Shown: positions 8,832 to 18,379 of the stretch, in pieces
Position numbering within the stretch: position 1 is the stretch's first letter
Layout: the number at the start of each line of letters is the position of its first letter
NCBI GenBank assembly: GCA_017502135.1
Contig: JAFVVP010000001.1
Span: 220,255-284,254 of the forward strand
Direction of reading: 5' to 3'
From: Clostridia bacterium
Lineage (GTDB): Bacteria; Bacillota; Clostridia; Oscillospirales; CAG-272
Length of the DNA: 64,000 nucleotides
Program-made: the position numbers and the translations under genes
Notes under the pieces: model-generated
What the model saw: the letters and a program-made list of their open reading frames with translations, nothing else
What the model was told of the DNA's origin: nothing
Databases searched by the model: none

Positions 8832-10022
8832 TTAATATTTTCTCCAAACCATCTTATTAACAACTCCGGTATAAGACTGAATGATCTTCACAACCTTAGT
8901 GGATACATTTTCCTCCACATAGTTCGGAACAGGGATACCGTAATCCCCGCTGTCGTTCATATCCACCGCAGTAGTCACAGCCTGAAGCAGACTGTGTTCA
9001 TCAATGCCTGCCAGAATGAAGCATGCTTTGTCGAGTGCCTCGGGGCGCTCCGTTGAGGTGCGGATGCAAACCGCAGGGAACGGATGTCCGACGCTCGTGA
9101 AGAAGGAACTTTCCTCGGGGAGCGTGCCGCTGTCGGACACGACGGCGTATGCATTCATCTGCAGCTTGTTGTAATCGTGGAAGCCAAGCGGTTGATTCAT
9201 GCGGACACGTTCATCCAACTTGAAGCCTGTCGCTTCCAAACGCTTTCTGGAACGGGGATGGCAGGAATAGAGTATAGGCATATCGTACTTTTCTGCCAGT
9301 TTATTGATCGCCGTGAAAAGACTGATGAAATTCTTTTCCGTGTCAATATTTTCTTCTCTGTGAGCAGAGAGGAGGATATATTTCTTCGGTTCCAGACCGA
9401 GACGGTCAAGAACATCACTTGCTTCGATTTCGGCAAGGTTCTGATGTAGTACCTCAGCCATCGGAGACCCTGTTACATAGGTGCGCTCTTTGGGAAGCCC
9501 GCACTCATGGAGGTAACGTCGAGCGTGTTCGCTGTATGCCAAATTGACGTCAGAAATAATGTCCACGATGCGGCGGTTTGTCTCTTCGGGCAGACACTCA
9601 TCCTTGCAGCGGTTTCCCGCTTCCATGTGGAAGATCGGAATGTGCAGTCTCTTTGCGGCAATGGCAGAAAGACAGGAGTTTGTGTCACCAAGAATGAGAA
9701 GCGCATCAGGCTTGATCTGGTTCATCAGTTTATACGAGCAGTTGATGATGTTGCCGACCGTGGCGCCGAGATCGTCTCCTACGGCATCCATATATACCTC
9801 GGGATCGGCAAGTTTCAAATCTTTAAAAAATACGCCGTTCAGGTTGTAATCGTAGTTTTGTCCCGTGTGGGCGAGAATCGTATCAAAATACCGGCGGCAC
9901 TTGTTGATCACAGCGGCGAGACGGATGATCTCCGGCCGCGTGCCGACGATGATGAGAAGCTTCAGCTTGCCGTTGTCCTTGAATTTTATATCGCTGTAAT
10001 CAAGTTTTATATTCATTTCCAT
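8832..10022 (-). CDS. fnlC: UDP-N-acetylglucosamine 2-epimerase, non-hydrolysing (FnlC/CapG type)
   Basis: 396-aa ORF with the Epimerase_2 layout ('IVGTRPEIIRL','HMEAGNR'). It is the third gene of a capE-capF-capG-type triad. Confidence 0.85.
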   Translation of the reverse strand: MEMNIKLDYSDIKFKDNGKLKLLIIVGTRPEIIRLAAVINKCRRYFDTILAHTGQNYDYNLNGVFFKDLKLADPEVYMDAVGDDLGATVGNIINCSYKLMNQIKPDALLILGDTNSCLSAIAAKRLHIPIFHMEAGNRCKDECLPEETNRRIVDIISDVNLAYSEHARRYLHECGLPKERTYVTGSPMAEVLHQNLAEIEASDVLDRLGLEPKKYILLSAHREENIDTEKNFISLFTAINKLAEKYDMPILYSCHPRSRKRLEATGFKLDERVRMNQPLGFHDYNKLQMNAYAVVSDSGTLPEESSFFTSVGHPFPAVCIRTSTERPEALDKACFILAGIDEHSLLQAVTTAVDMNDSGDYGIPVPNYVEENVSTKVVKIIQSYTGVVNKMVWRKY

Positions 10023-11224
10023 TATTCCACCACCTCAAAGAATGTGTCGGGATGGTTCGGGTCAAACTGTTCGTTTGCCCACATCACCGTCACAAGATTT
10101 TCCGTTTCGGAAAGATTGATGATATTGTGAGTATATCCTGGAAGCATATGTACAGCCTCAATTTTATCTCCCGAAACTTCAAAGTTCAGCACCTCATCTG
10201 TGCCAATCTTGCGTTGTTGGATCAGTCCATGACCCGCAACAACAATGAAAAACTCCCACTTGGTATGATGCCAATGCTGCCCCTTGATAATGCCGGGTTT
10301 GGATATATTTACGCTGAACTGACCGCATTTGTCGGTTTTCAGGAGTTCGGTAAAGCTGCCTCTTGCATCCTCATTCATCTTCAATGGAAACGATACTTTC
10401 TCTTTCGGAAGATAGCTGAGGTATGTGCTGTACAGCTTCTTTGCAAAGCTGTTATCGGGAATTTCGGGCATAACAAGCGTCGCCGTCTGTGCTTTGAACG
10501 TCTCAAGAAGATCCACGATCTCGCCGAGCGTTACCTTGTGCGTGATCGATGCGGCGCAGTATTTGCCGCTTTCTGCGAGAACGGTACGGATGCCGTCAAA
10601 TTCACAGCGGTGCTCCTTGCCCTCGAGCGCATCCAGCATCTCCGTTACGAGATCGTCAATGTAGAGAAGCTCGAGTTGTACGTTTCTGTCGCTGACCGTG
10701 ATCGGCAGATCGTTTGCGATGTTATGGCAAAAGGTAGCGACGGCGGAGTTGTAATTTGGTCTGCACCACTTGCCGAACAGATTCGGAAAGCGGTAAACGA
10801 GCACTTTTGCGCCGGTTTCTTCTCCGTAGGCGAAGACGAGATCCTCGCCGGCTTTTTTGCTTCTGCCGTAGTCGCTGTCATACCGTCCGATGCACGTCGC
10901 CTGGATGGAGGACGATATCATAAGGGGGCATATGTTCCCGTGCTTTTCCATCGTATCCAGAAGCGTGTTTGTGAAGCCAAAATTCCCCTCCATGAATTCC
11001 TGGGGATTTTGGGGTCGGTTCACGCCTGCCAGATGGAATACGAAATCCGCATCGGCACAGTACCGATCTAAAAGAGCGAGATCGGTGTCGATGTCGTATT
11101 CATAAATCTCGCCGATCGTGAGATCGGGGCGAGTTTTGTCCTTGCCGTCGCGTACGTTTTTCAAAGCGGCACAAAGGTTTTTTCCGACGAATCCCTTGGC
11201 GCCCGTAACAAGAATGTTCATCAT
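10022..11224 (-). CDS. fnlB: bifunctional SDR-cupin reductase/epimerase of the UDP-L-FucNAc pathway (FnlB/CapF type)
   Basis: Has the N-terminal 'ILVTGAKGFVGKNL' SDR domain and a C-terminal cupin ('KGQHWHHTKWEFF'). It shares 1 nt with fnlC and 4 nt with fnlA. Confidence 0.85.
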   Translation of the reverse strand: MMNILVTGAKGFVGKNLCAALKNVRDGKDKTRPDLTIGEIYEYDIDTDLALLDRYCADADFVFHLAGVNRPQNPQEFMEGNFGFTNTLLDTMEKHGNICPLMISSSIQATCIGRYDSDYGRSKKAGEDLVFAYGEETGAKVLVYRFPNLFGKWCRPNYNSAVATFCHNIANDLPITVSDRNVQLELLYIDDLVTEMLDALEGKEHRCEFDGIRTVLAESGKYCAASITHKVTLGEIVDLLETFKAQTATLVMPEIPDNSFAKKLYSTYLSYLPKEKVSFPLKMNEDARGSFTELLKTDKCGQFSVNISKPGIIKGQHWHHTKWEFFIVVAGHGLIQQRKIGTDEVLNFEVSGDKIEAVHMLPGYTHNIINLSETENLVTVMWANEQFDPNHPDTFFEVVE

Positions 11225-12264
11225 CGCTTTGTATCCTTGTTCAGCTCATCCTGAATGTATTGGAGACTTGCGATTTTTGCTTTCGTTTCCTCTACCGTGA
11301 GAAGTTTCGTATTGTTGGAGTTGAACTCCGTGAGCGTGTTGCGCTCGGTATCCCCTTTGTTGAAATACTTATCATAGTTCAGCCCGCGTTTGTCGCAGGG
11401 GACGCGGTAGAAGTTGCCCATATCCTCGGCGTTGGCGCACTCTTCATTGGTGAGAAGCGTTTCATACATCTTCTCGCCGTGGCGGATACCGATGACCTTG
11501 ATATCCTTCTTGTTGCCGCCGAACAACTCACAAACTGCTTCAGCCTGCGTCTGAATCGTGCAGGCGGGTGCTTTCTGCACAAGGATATCGCCCGGCTCGC
11601 CGTTCTCGAATGCGAACAGGACCAAATCGACCGCCTCGTCGAGCGACATAATGAATCGCGTCATAGCGGGATCGGTAAGAGTGATTGGGCTTCCGCTTTG
11701 GATCTGCTGGATCCAGAGTGGGATAACCGAGCCGCGTGAGCACATAACGTTTCCGTAACGGGTACAACAGATCTTGGTCTTGTCTGTCGTTCTTGCCTTC
11801 GCTACGACGACCTTTTCCATCATCGCCTTGGAGGTGCCCATCGCGTTTACAGGATAGGCGGCCTTGTCGGTCGAGAGACACACGACATTCTTGACGCCCG
11901 CTTCGATGGCGGCTGTCAGCACGTTCTCCGTGCCGAGGACGTTCGTTTTAACCGCCTCGATCGGGAAGAACTCGCAGGAAGGAACCTGCTTCAGCGCCGC
12001 CGCGTGGAATATGTAGTCGACGCCGTGCATGGCGTTCTTGACGGAGGCAATATCCCGCACATCGCCGATGTAAAACTTGATCTTATCGGCAACTTCGGGC
12101 ATTTTCACCTGAAACTCGTGGCGCATATCGTCCTGCTTTTTTTCGTCGCGGGAGAAAATGCGGATCTCGCCGATATCGGTTTTGAGAAAGCGATTCAGTA
12201 CGGCGTTTCCGAACGATCCCGTACCGCCGGTGATGAGAAGGGTTTTGTTAGTGAATAAAGACAT
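11221..12264 (-). CDS. fnlA: UDP-GlcNAc 4,6-dehydratase/5-epimerase, inverting (FnlA/CapE type)
   Basis: 'LLITGGTGSFGNAVLNRFL...IRIFSRDEKKQ' is the characteristic CapE/FnlA N-terminus. 347 aa. Confidence 0.9.
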   Translation of the reverse strand: MSLFTNKTLLITGGTGSFGNAVLNRFLKTDIGEIRIFSRDEKKQDDMRHEFQVKMPEVADKIKFYIGDVRDIASVKNAMHGVDYIFHAAALKQVPSCEFFPIEAVKTNVLGTENVLTAAIEAGVKNVVCLSTDKAAYPVNAMGTSKAMMEKVVVAKARTTDKTKICCTRYGNVMCSRGSVIPLWIQQIQSGSPITLTDPAMTRFIMSLDEAVDLVLFAFENGEPGDILVQKAPACTIQTQAEAVCELFGGNKKDIKVIGIRHGEKMYETLLTNEECANAEDMGNFYRVPCDKRGLNYDKYFNKGDTERNTLTEFNSNNTKLLTVEETKAKIASLQYIQDELNKDTKR

Positions 12265-12282
12265 GGTGTTTTTCCTCTGCTC

Positions 12283-13731
12283 TTAAATTTGTTTTCTTTT
12301 CAGTTTTCCTTTGATCAGATTCAAAAGGAAAAAGAAACTCTCATTTTTGAGGATGTACGAAAGTCCGACGAATAGGATAACTCCCAAAAGAACCTGTGCG
12401 ATAAGGAGTGTGAGGGGGGCTTTGATAAGAAATCCCACACAGTATACGCATACGCCCATAACAAGGCTGATCGAAAGGTTTTCTATAATATCTTTTGCCT
12501 GCTCGCTGAACGAATAGTCAAGTAGTTTTCGGTTGGCGGCAACGTCCAGCGCCATATTGAACACGGACGCGGCAGCCGCGCCTATGGCAATAGCCAAGAC
12601 GCCGAACTTCATAGATACGATCAGTATGAGAATACCGACGACTCTTTTTGTGATTTCAAGTTTTAACAATATACCACTGCGTCCCGTGGATTTGATCACC
12701 TGCAAATGAGCGCTTGACACGGGAATGCACAACTGATACAGACATACGATCTGCAAGAAGGGAACACACTCCAGCCATTTGTCTGTCAGAAGAATTTCTA
12801 TAAAGGGATTTGCGCAAGCGGCCAGTCCCAAAAGGAACGGACTGAGTACGTAGGTGGCGAGCTTTATGGCCTGGCGGAGTTTGTTTTTCAGTTCAGGAAG
12901 ATTGTCCTGATATTTTGCAAATGCGGGAAAAAGCACGGAGCAGAGGGAAGTGTTTAAGTTGGAAACGAGCAGATTGGGGTACTGCTTCCCTTTTGAATAA
13001 TATGCCAGATCGGAGCTGCCGTATTTTTTTCCGATGACGAGGCTGTAAATGTCGTCATACAGCGTTCTTACGAGGTATGTCAGGAGTACTTTCCAACCGT
13101 AACTGTAAAGAACCTTGAAGCGTTTTACGGAAAAGGTGCGCCGCGGCCGCCATTTGATGATGAACCACAGCATAACGGTATCGATAAAACCGTTTGTTAA
13201 ATACTGACCCACCAACGCAAAGACGCCAAAGCCTTGATATGCCATGTAAATTCCAACGAACGCTGATGCGACCGTGCCGCCGAGCGTTGCCCAGAACAGT
13301 TTACGGAACATCATGTGCTTGGCAACGTAAGCCTGCTGAATGGAGTTAAACGCCGTAATCGGGATCTTAAGGCCGAGAATACGTAAAGCGAGGCTGAGGT
13401 CCGGCATCGAGAAGTACCTCTCCACAAGCGGCGCGCCTACGAATATAACGCCGTATAAAGCCGCGGAAAAAAGAATGTTGAAATAGAATATCGTGGAGAA
13501 ATCCACGTCGTCAGAATCTTTTTTCTGGATCAAAGAAGAGGTGAATCCGCTCGCGACGAATACGTTGGCGATATTGATGAAAATCAGTATGATCGATATG
13601 CTGCCGTAATGTTCCGGATTCAGTATGCGTGCCAATACGATGGACACGATAAGGGTAACGAGCTGCGCGCCGATGCGCTCGGCAAATTTCCAGAACAGGT
13701 TTACCAAAACGCTTTGTTTTTTGTTATTCAT
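12283..13731 (-). CDS. wzx: Wzx-type oligosaccharide flippase (MOP superfamily)
   Basis: 482-aa AT-rich ORF predicted as a polytopic membrane protein with the typical polysaccharide-biosynthesis-protein N-terminus. Confidence 0.8.
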   Translation of the reverse strand: MNNKKQSVLVNLFWKFAERIGAQLVTLIVSIVLARILNPEHYGSISIILIFINIANVFVASGFTSSLIQKKDSDDVDFSTIFYFNILFSAALYGVIFVGAPLVERYFSMPDLSLALRILGLKIPITAFNSIQQAYVAKHMMFRKLFWATLGGTVASAFVGIYMAYQGFGVFALVGQYLTNGFIDTVMLWFIIKWRPRRTFSVKRFKVLYSYGWKVLLTYLVRTLYDDIYSLVIGKKYGSSDLAYYSKGKQYPNLLVSNLNTSLCSVLFPAFAKYQDNLPELKNKLRQAIKLATYVLSPFLLGLAACANPFIEILLTDKWLECVPFLQIVCLYQLCIPVSSAHLQVIKSTGRSGILLKLEITKRVVGILILIVSMKFGVLAIAIGAAAASVFNMALDVAANRKLLDYSFSEQAKDIIENLSISLVMGVCVYCVGFLIKAPLTLLIAQVLLGVILFVGLSYILKNESFFFLLNLIKGKLKRKQI

Positions 13732-13821
13732 AAAAAAACCTTTGCTGTTGTGAAATTACAGTTAACGGAAACATGCATCAAACCTTGTGTTTAGTCGCTT
13801 GCCAAAAATATTCTCCGGGAA

Positions 13822-14160
13822 TTAAGATATCGTTTCGTATCCGGCGAGGCGGATGGCTTCGATGGCTAAGAGATGTGCCGGATCCACCATATCGGTGTTC
13901 TCGAGAGAGAGGAAGGCGAGCGGCAATTCCGCGCCCGCGTGCACCAATCGGTTTGCCGCCTCCAGTATATAAGGGACGGGGCTTTCGGCTCCTTTTAATA
14001 TAGCCGCGGCGCGGTCTGGAATCTGTGGATAATTGTCTATAAGGATATGTATATGCTCGCTGTCTTTGTCCGCTTTCGTAAGCAGAATTAGCTTTCTAAA
14101 GAGTTCAGCCGTAGCAAGTGGTCCCATGCCGCCTACAATTCCGATTGTTTTCCTTATCAT
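13822..14160 (-). pseudogene. internally deleted Asp/Glu-racemase family relic (112 aa)
   Basis: The N-terminus 'IGIVGGMGPLATAELFRKL...IPDR' matches aspartate racemase. After '...HAGAE' it joins directly to a C-terminal-like 'LPLAFL...DPAHLLAIEAIRLAG'. The region that normally holds both catalytic Cys motifs is absent. Confidence 0.6.
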
Positions 14161-14226
14161 TTATTGAATTCTCAACGGTTTTTCGTACTCGATGTGCGGT
14201 TTTTTTGGCTGTACGGTGTTTATTCC

Positions 14227-15366
14227 TTATTCTGCCTGTATCGCTTCGAGCAACAGTTCTCTCCATGATTCACTCTCGATTGTGTTTTGGAGAACAAGCA
14301 ACGCGTTTTTATCGTAGGAATGTGTAAGATAATAGTTTAGAAATTTCTCCCCGAACAAACGCATACATACACGGAAGATGAACGAATGGCAGAGGCGTCC
14401 GTTCACGCGCAGAAGCAACTGCTTTCGGGACGCTTTCGCAAATTCCGCATATTTTGCTTTCCACGTTTCATCCGAGAGAAGTTCCTGTGAGCGTGCGTAG
14501 AAGGCTTCAAGGATGGTGCGTGCATCCTCCGTGTCGGCCAGGCGGACTTTGTTCCCGTGTTTTCTTAGGGGGTGGTAGGAAACTGTAACACCCGCATCAG
14601 AAATATCGCATTCGACCAACAGTCCGGTTTGCCATTCTTCTTTTTCTGAATGGTCAAAGAGGAAATTGCCTTGACCATATACGATCTTTTTGTCTTTGTA
14701 GTCTTCCTCGCAGCCAATACAGTGCGTGTGCTGACAAAGAACGATATCTGCGCCGCAGTCCACAAATTTTCGGCACAGTTTTCGTACGCCGGGTGACGGA
14801 TAACGACAGTATTCCTTGCCGCCGTGGTACAGTACGATGAGATAATCGCATTGTTCGCGCAGAGAGCGAACGTGGTCGAAACTTTCAAGCGGATCGTACG
14901 GATTGGCGCCTGCGGCATCTTCTGTGGCTATGGAGAATTCATGCTCCGCACAGCAATAGATGCCTAAGATTTTTCCGTCAACCGCAACTAAATGAGGGCG
15001 GGAGGCTTTTGCCAAGGTTTTACCTACCCCGGCGTATGCGATCCCGGCAGTATCCAATACATCCAAAGTGAAGGTAAGCCCTTCTTCTCCGTGATCGAGA
15101 ATGTGATTGTTAGCGAGCGTAAAGAAGTCTACACCAAAACGTTTGATTGCCGCCACTGTGGCGGTTTCGGCGCGCAAAGCGGGACCGCATTTGGCGATCG
15201 GTGTTTCTCTGTCTGTTAGAGGGGTTTCTAAATTAAATATACGGTAAGAGGCATTCTCCAGCAATGCTTTGAGGGGGGCGCCCAGTAGTTCTTCAACGTT
15301 TGCTTCGGCAAACAGCGCCATATTTCTTTTCGTTGGCACCAAATCAGCGCCGATCAATATTTTCAT
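14227..15366 (-). CDS. CapA/PGA_cap-family metallophosphatase-like protein (no signal peptide or TM seen)
   Basis: The motifs 'NLETPLT','LANNHILDHGEEG','VLYHGGKEY' and 'LCQHTHC' fit the CapA (poly-gamma-glutamate capsule) domain family. Confidence 0.7.
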   Translation of the reverse strand: MKILIGADLVPTKRNMALFAEANVEELLGAPLKALLENASYRIFNLETPLTDRETPIAKCGPALRAETATVAAIKRFGVDFFTLANNHILDHGEEGLTFTLDVLDTAGIAYAGVGKTLAKASRPHLVAVDGKILGIYCCAEHEFSIATEDAAGANPYDPLESFDHVRSLREQCDYLIVLYHGGKEYCRYPSPGVRKLCRKFVDCGADIVLCQHTHCIGCEEDYKDKKIVYGQGNFLFDHSEKEEWQTGLLVECDISDAGVTVSYHPLRKHGNKVRLADTEDARTILEAFYARSQELLSDETWKAKYAEFAKASRKQLLLRVNGRLCHSFIFRVCMRLFGEKFLNYYLTHSYDKNALLVLQNTIESESWRELLLEAIQAE

Positions 15367-15428
15367 AAAACCGAACCTCTCGTGTACGTTGCGTCTATTG
15401 GGAAAATATTTAGAGCAGTGAAGGGGAT

Positions 15429-16370
15429 TTACAGATTTTTCTTTGGAAGAGTAAACTGTTCACCGAGCGTTTTATCAAACTCTGCGGGATGATATGGTGT
15501 GTGTCCGCCACCGGGATAGAATGTGAGCTCTGCAACATACAACTTTTCGTCTGTGTCAAAGAAATCCACTCTGACAAACGGGAAATCTTTTGCGAGAACT
15601 TTGCATATTTGCAGCATTTGCTCCAGATGTGGGGGCTTCGGAACATCGCCGTTTTCGTGATCACCGTATTTAACGTTCATGCGATTCCAAGCCATGTCGT
15701 AAAACGAAATGGGGTATCGTTTTGTATTTTCGCCGCTTTTGAAGTGATCCATAGCGGCGTATACGCAGTACGGCTCACCGCTGAAACAGAAGAATTTGTA
15801 ATCGTAGAGCTGCTCGCCGAGCCATTCCACATATTCTTCAGCAATGATCCGAGGCGTTGCATTATGATATGCACAGCAATAGGAGTCGATCAGCGTATTT
15901 TTCACTTTAAGCCATGGTTTTAATTCTTTGAACAGTTGCTTTTTGTCTACGAGATCTTTGTTTTTGATAAATTTGATATTTTTACCATCGCTCTGCAGGG
16001 TGGATTTCAAAACGAAAGATTGCGGCAATTTATCAAAATCTCGCTCAAGTGATTTTATGTCTGTCCATGCACCGAAATAGGGGATTACGAATCCTTCGCC
16101 CAGTTTTTCGGTTATGTATCCCTTAAACAAAAACTTGTCAACAGCGCGTTCCATATCCTCCGTCCTATAATTCACCTTATACCACTGGAGTTTCTCGGTG
16201 AAAAGTTCGGGAGCATCTATGTTCAACTCTCTCTTGTGAAATGCAAGATAGCTTTGCTTCAAATTTTTAATCAAAGCTTTTTTGGACCATTTGTTTTTCG
16301 TCGGTGCCAGTGCTGCACGTACTTTGCGATATGTACGGATAAATTTATTTTTCAGCATATTCTTCCTCAC
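15429..16370 (-). CDS. TupA-like ATP-grasp amidoligase (copy 2)
   Basis: Family motifs 'FTEKLQWYK','FVLKSTL','YDYKFFCFSGEP','FPFVRVDFF' and 'AELTFYPGGG'. A 4-nt start/stop overlap links it to the upstream dehydrogenase. Confidence 0.8.
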   Translation of the reverse strand: MRKNMLKNKFIRTYRKVRAALAPTKNKWSKKALIKNLKQSYLAFHKRELNIDAPELFTEKLQWYKVNYRTEDMERAVDKFLFKGYITEKLGEGFVIPYFGAWTDIKSLERDFDKLPQSFVLKSTLQSDGKNIKFIKNKDLVDKKQLFKELKPWLKVKNTLIDSYCCAYHNATPRIIAEEYVEWLGEQLYDYKFFCFSGEPYCVYAAMDHFKSGENTKRYPISFYDMAWNRMNVKYGDHENGDVPKPPHLEQMLQICKVLAKDFPFVRVDFFDTDEKLYVAELTFYPGGGHTPYHPAEFDKTLGEQFTLPKKNL

Positions 16371-17350
16371 TTACAGAAGCATCCGTGTTCTGTTCTGAAG
16401 GCTGTAATCCGTTTATCCTCTATATGTCCTTCTTTTATTACAGTTGCTTCCTTTAAATTTTCGGGCAATTCGTCAAGGGTATTTTCGACTATTACGTCTA
16501 TGTATCTCGAAATTCCTTCACTGAGCGTCTTCGTTACTGTAACGGGATACATCGCCGGAGTATTATCTACGGCATAATGTATTACTCCGTCCACTTCGTA
16601 AACGGGGTTATCAATCGTGGTGGGGTGAGATGTTTCTATCTCCAAATGTGGATCGCAGCTTATGTCGATGATCAGTGTTCCTTTTTTCATCTTTTTAAGA
16701 TCTTCTTTATAAATGATTCGATCTTTGCGGGTTGTGTCCCACATGACACAGTTTACAAGTACATCATATTCAAACATTTTCTTTTTGAAAAGTTGCTCGA
16801 GTTTTCTACCGTAAACATCGACCGTTGCGCCTAAACCATGCAGAATTCTCAAAGCGCCTTTGGCGGTTTGTCCGTTTCCTAAAATAGCTATTCTGCTATC
16901 ATAAGGCATTCTGCCGCAGTAACGGAAAGCATGCAAAATAGCTGCTTCTCCGGCAACCTCTCTGTTGCGGTAGAAAATGTATCTGCCGTCCTCAAAGATT
17001 TCCTCCCAGGCGATCACGGTATGATTCCCGTTAAGGATTTTGCTCGTGAAATCGATTCCTTGAACAGCATGTGCCCATCCAAAAAATATCTTCGGAGTTT
17101 TGATTTCATCCAAATAATCTGCATCACCGAGCTTCACATCCGTGATGATATCGCACGAAAGAACTTCTTCACGGGAAACAACATGGGCGCCTGTTTTTTC
17201 ATATTCGGAATCTTTATAGCCTACGGACTGACCATATCCTTTTTCAAAATACAAGCAATCAACGTTCTTAACCTTGATTAAATCAGGTGGCAAAATTGCT
17301 CGTCTCATTTCATTGTTTTTGTGGCTGATCAAAAAACCGATTGTGTTCAT
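16367..17350 (-). CDS. short AlaDH/PNT-fold NAD(P) dehydrogenase, N5-(1-carboxyethyl)ornithine-synthase-like
   Basis: 327 aa with the 'IAILGNGQTAKGA' dinucleotide loop, 'KKGTLIIDISCD' and 'YAVDNTPAMYP'. Size and layout resemble opine-type (carboxyethyl)ornithine/lysine synthases rather than full-length alanine dehydrogenase. Confidence 0.55.
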   Translation of the reverse strand: MNTIGFLISHKNNEMRRAILPPDLIKVKNVDCLYFEKGYGQSVGYKDSEYEKTGAHVVSREEVLSCDIITDVKLGDADYLDEIKTPKIFFGWAHAVQGIDFTSKILNGNHTVIAWEEIFEDGRYIFYRNREVAGEAAILHAFRYCGRMPYDSRIAILGNGQTAKGALRILHGLGATVDVYGRKLEQLFKKKMFEYDVLVNCVMWDTTRKDRIIYKEDLKKMKKGTLIIDISCDPHLEIETSHPTTIDNPVYEVDGVIHYAVDNTPAMYPVTVTKTLSEGISRYIDVIVENTLDELPENLKEATVIKEGHIEDKRITAFRTEHGCFCK

Positions 17351-18279
17351 TTTTTCCTCGATTCTATATTAAGCATATTCCCGAATAAAATATCCGTTTC
17401 CGGAAGTCTGGCTGAATCCAGACCTGCCGCGGGCGTAAACGTTAATTCCCCGAAATAGGGTTTTTCATCAATGGAATACAAGTCAACGCGGACAAACGGG
17501 AAAGGTGCGGCCAACTTCTCAGCGTATTCGAATATTTTGTCAATACACGCGGGCTTCGGTAAGGTAAATCCCTCGGGTGCCGCTTTGCTGTCTCTGTTGA
17601 CTCTGTACAACTGCCAGTCCCGATCAAAGAAATAGAACTTAGGCCGACCGTACTCTCGACCTATGCAAACAAAAACGCATTTGGCTTTGCCATTGAAGCA
17701 GTATACTTTATAATCCAAAGGCAAAAGTCCGTTTCCGTCGGACATATACTTTTCGCAAACGATTTTCTTCGGCGCGTATTTATACTGCATTTCGGAGTTT
17801 CTCAGCCAGTATTTGCGCTTGCCCCATTTTTGCAGTTGTTTGATCGTGGCATCTTTGTCCATTTTGGATTTATCGGCGCATATAATATTCATCCCTGCAC
17901 CGAAATTCCACTTGAGTACGAACTGCTGCGGTAATTCATCCCAATTAATGTCTTCTGCGCGGTCGAAAGCGCTGTACATATCAATCAGCAGTTCTTCACA
18001 GCCGCAATCCTTTATATATTCTCTGACGGCGTATTTGTCCGCGCATTGAATGACCAAAGGATTTTTTAAATATGTATTGAGTTTCAGCCACAAAATTTTT
18101 TCGTTTAAGGTTTGGGGATCGTTAAGGTTGAGCTTGCGCCCGAAATTCATTTTATATCTGAATTTGGTATTCAGCGTCGGTGAAATAATTGTGAGCACCG
18201 ATGCATACAAATCCACACATTTGGTACATACGCCTGGCACCCAGGGGAGTACTCTTTTTACCGATTGTTTTATGCTCAT
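17347..18279 (-). CDS. TupA-like ATP-grasp amidoligase (copy 1)
   Basis: Motifs 'LNEKILWLKL','QFVLKWNF','LDYKVYCFNGKA','FPFVRVDLY' and 'GELTFTPAAG'. It is a paralogue of 15429..16370. Confidence 0.8.
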   Translation of the reverse strand: MSIKQSVKRVLPWVPGVCTKCVDLYASVLTIISPTLNTKFRYKMNFGRKLNLNDPQTLNEKILWLKLNTYLKNPLVIQCADKYAVREYIKDCGCEELLIDMYSAFDRAEDINWDELPQQFVLKWNFGAGMNIICADKSKMDKDATIKQLQKWGKRKYWLRNSEMQYKYAPKKIVCEKYMSDGNGLLPLDYKVYCFNGKAKCVFVCIGREYGRPKFYFFDRDWQLYRVNRDSKAAPEGFTLPKPACIDKIFEYAEKLAAPFPFVRVDLYSIDEKPYFGELTFTPAAGLDSARLPETDILFGNMLNIESRKK

Positions 18280-18379
18280 TTATAGTCTCCTTTGTGCGTT
18301 TATACTTTTGTCATATAAGTGAATGGCAGGTATGCAAGAATAGGGGGAGCCGCAATTTTCAAAAAGAACTGTTGTGTTT

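Noticed and set aside
14227-15366. CapA homologue as evidence for a poly-gamma-glutamate capsule
   Set aside because: No CapB (Mur-ligase-like synthetase) or CapC is present, and this CapA-like protein lacks the N-terminal membrane anchor. A classical PGA system is therefore not supported. It is treated as an accessory of the amidation module instead.
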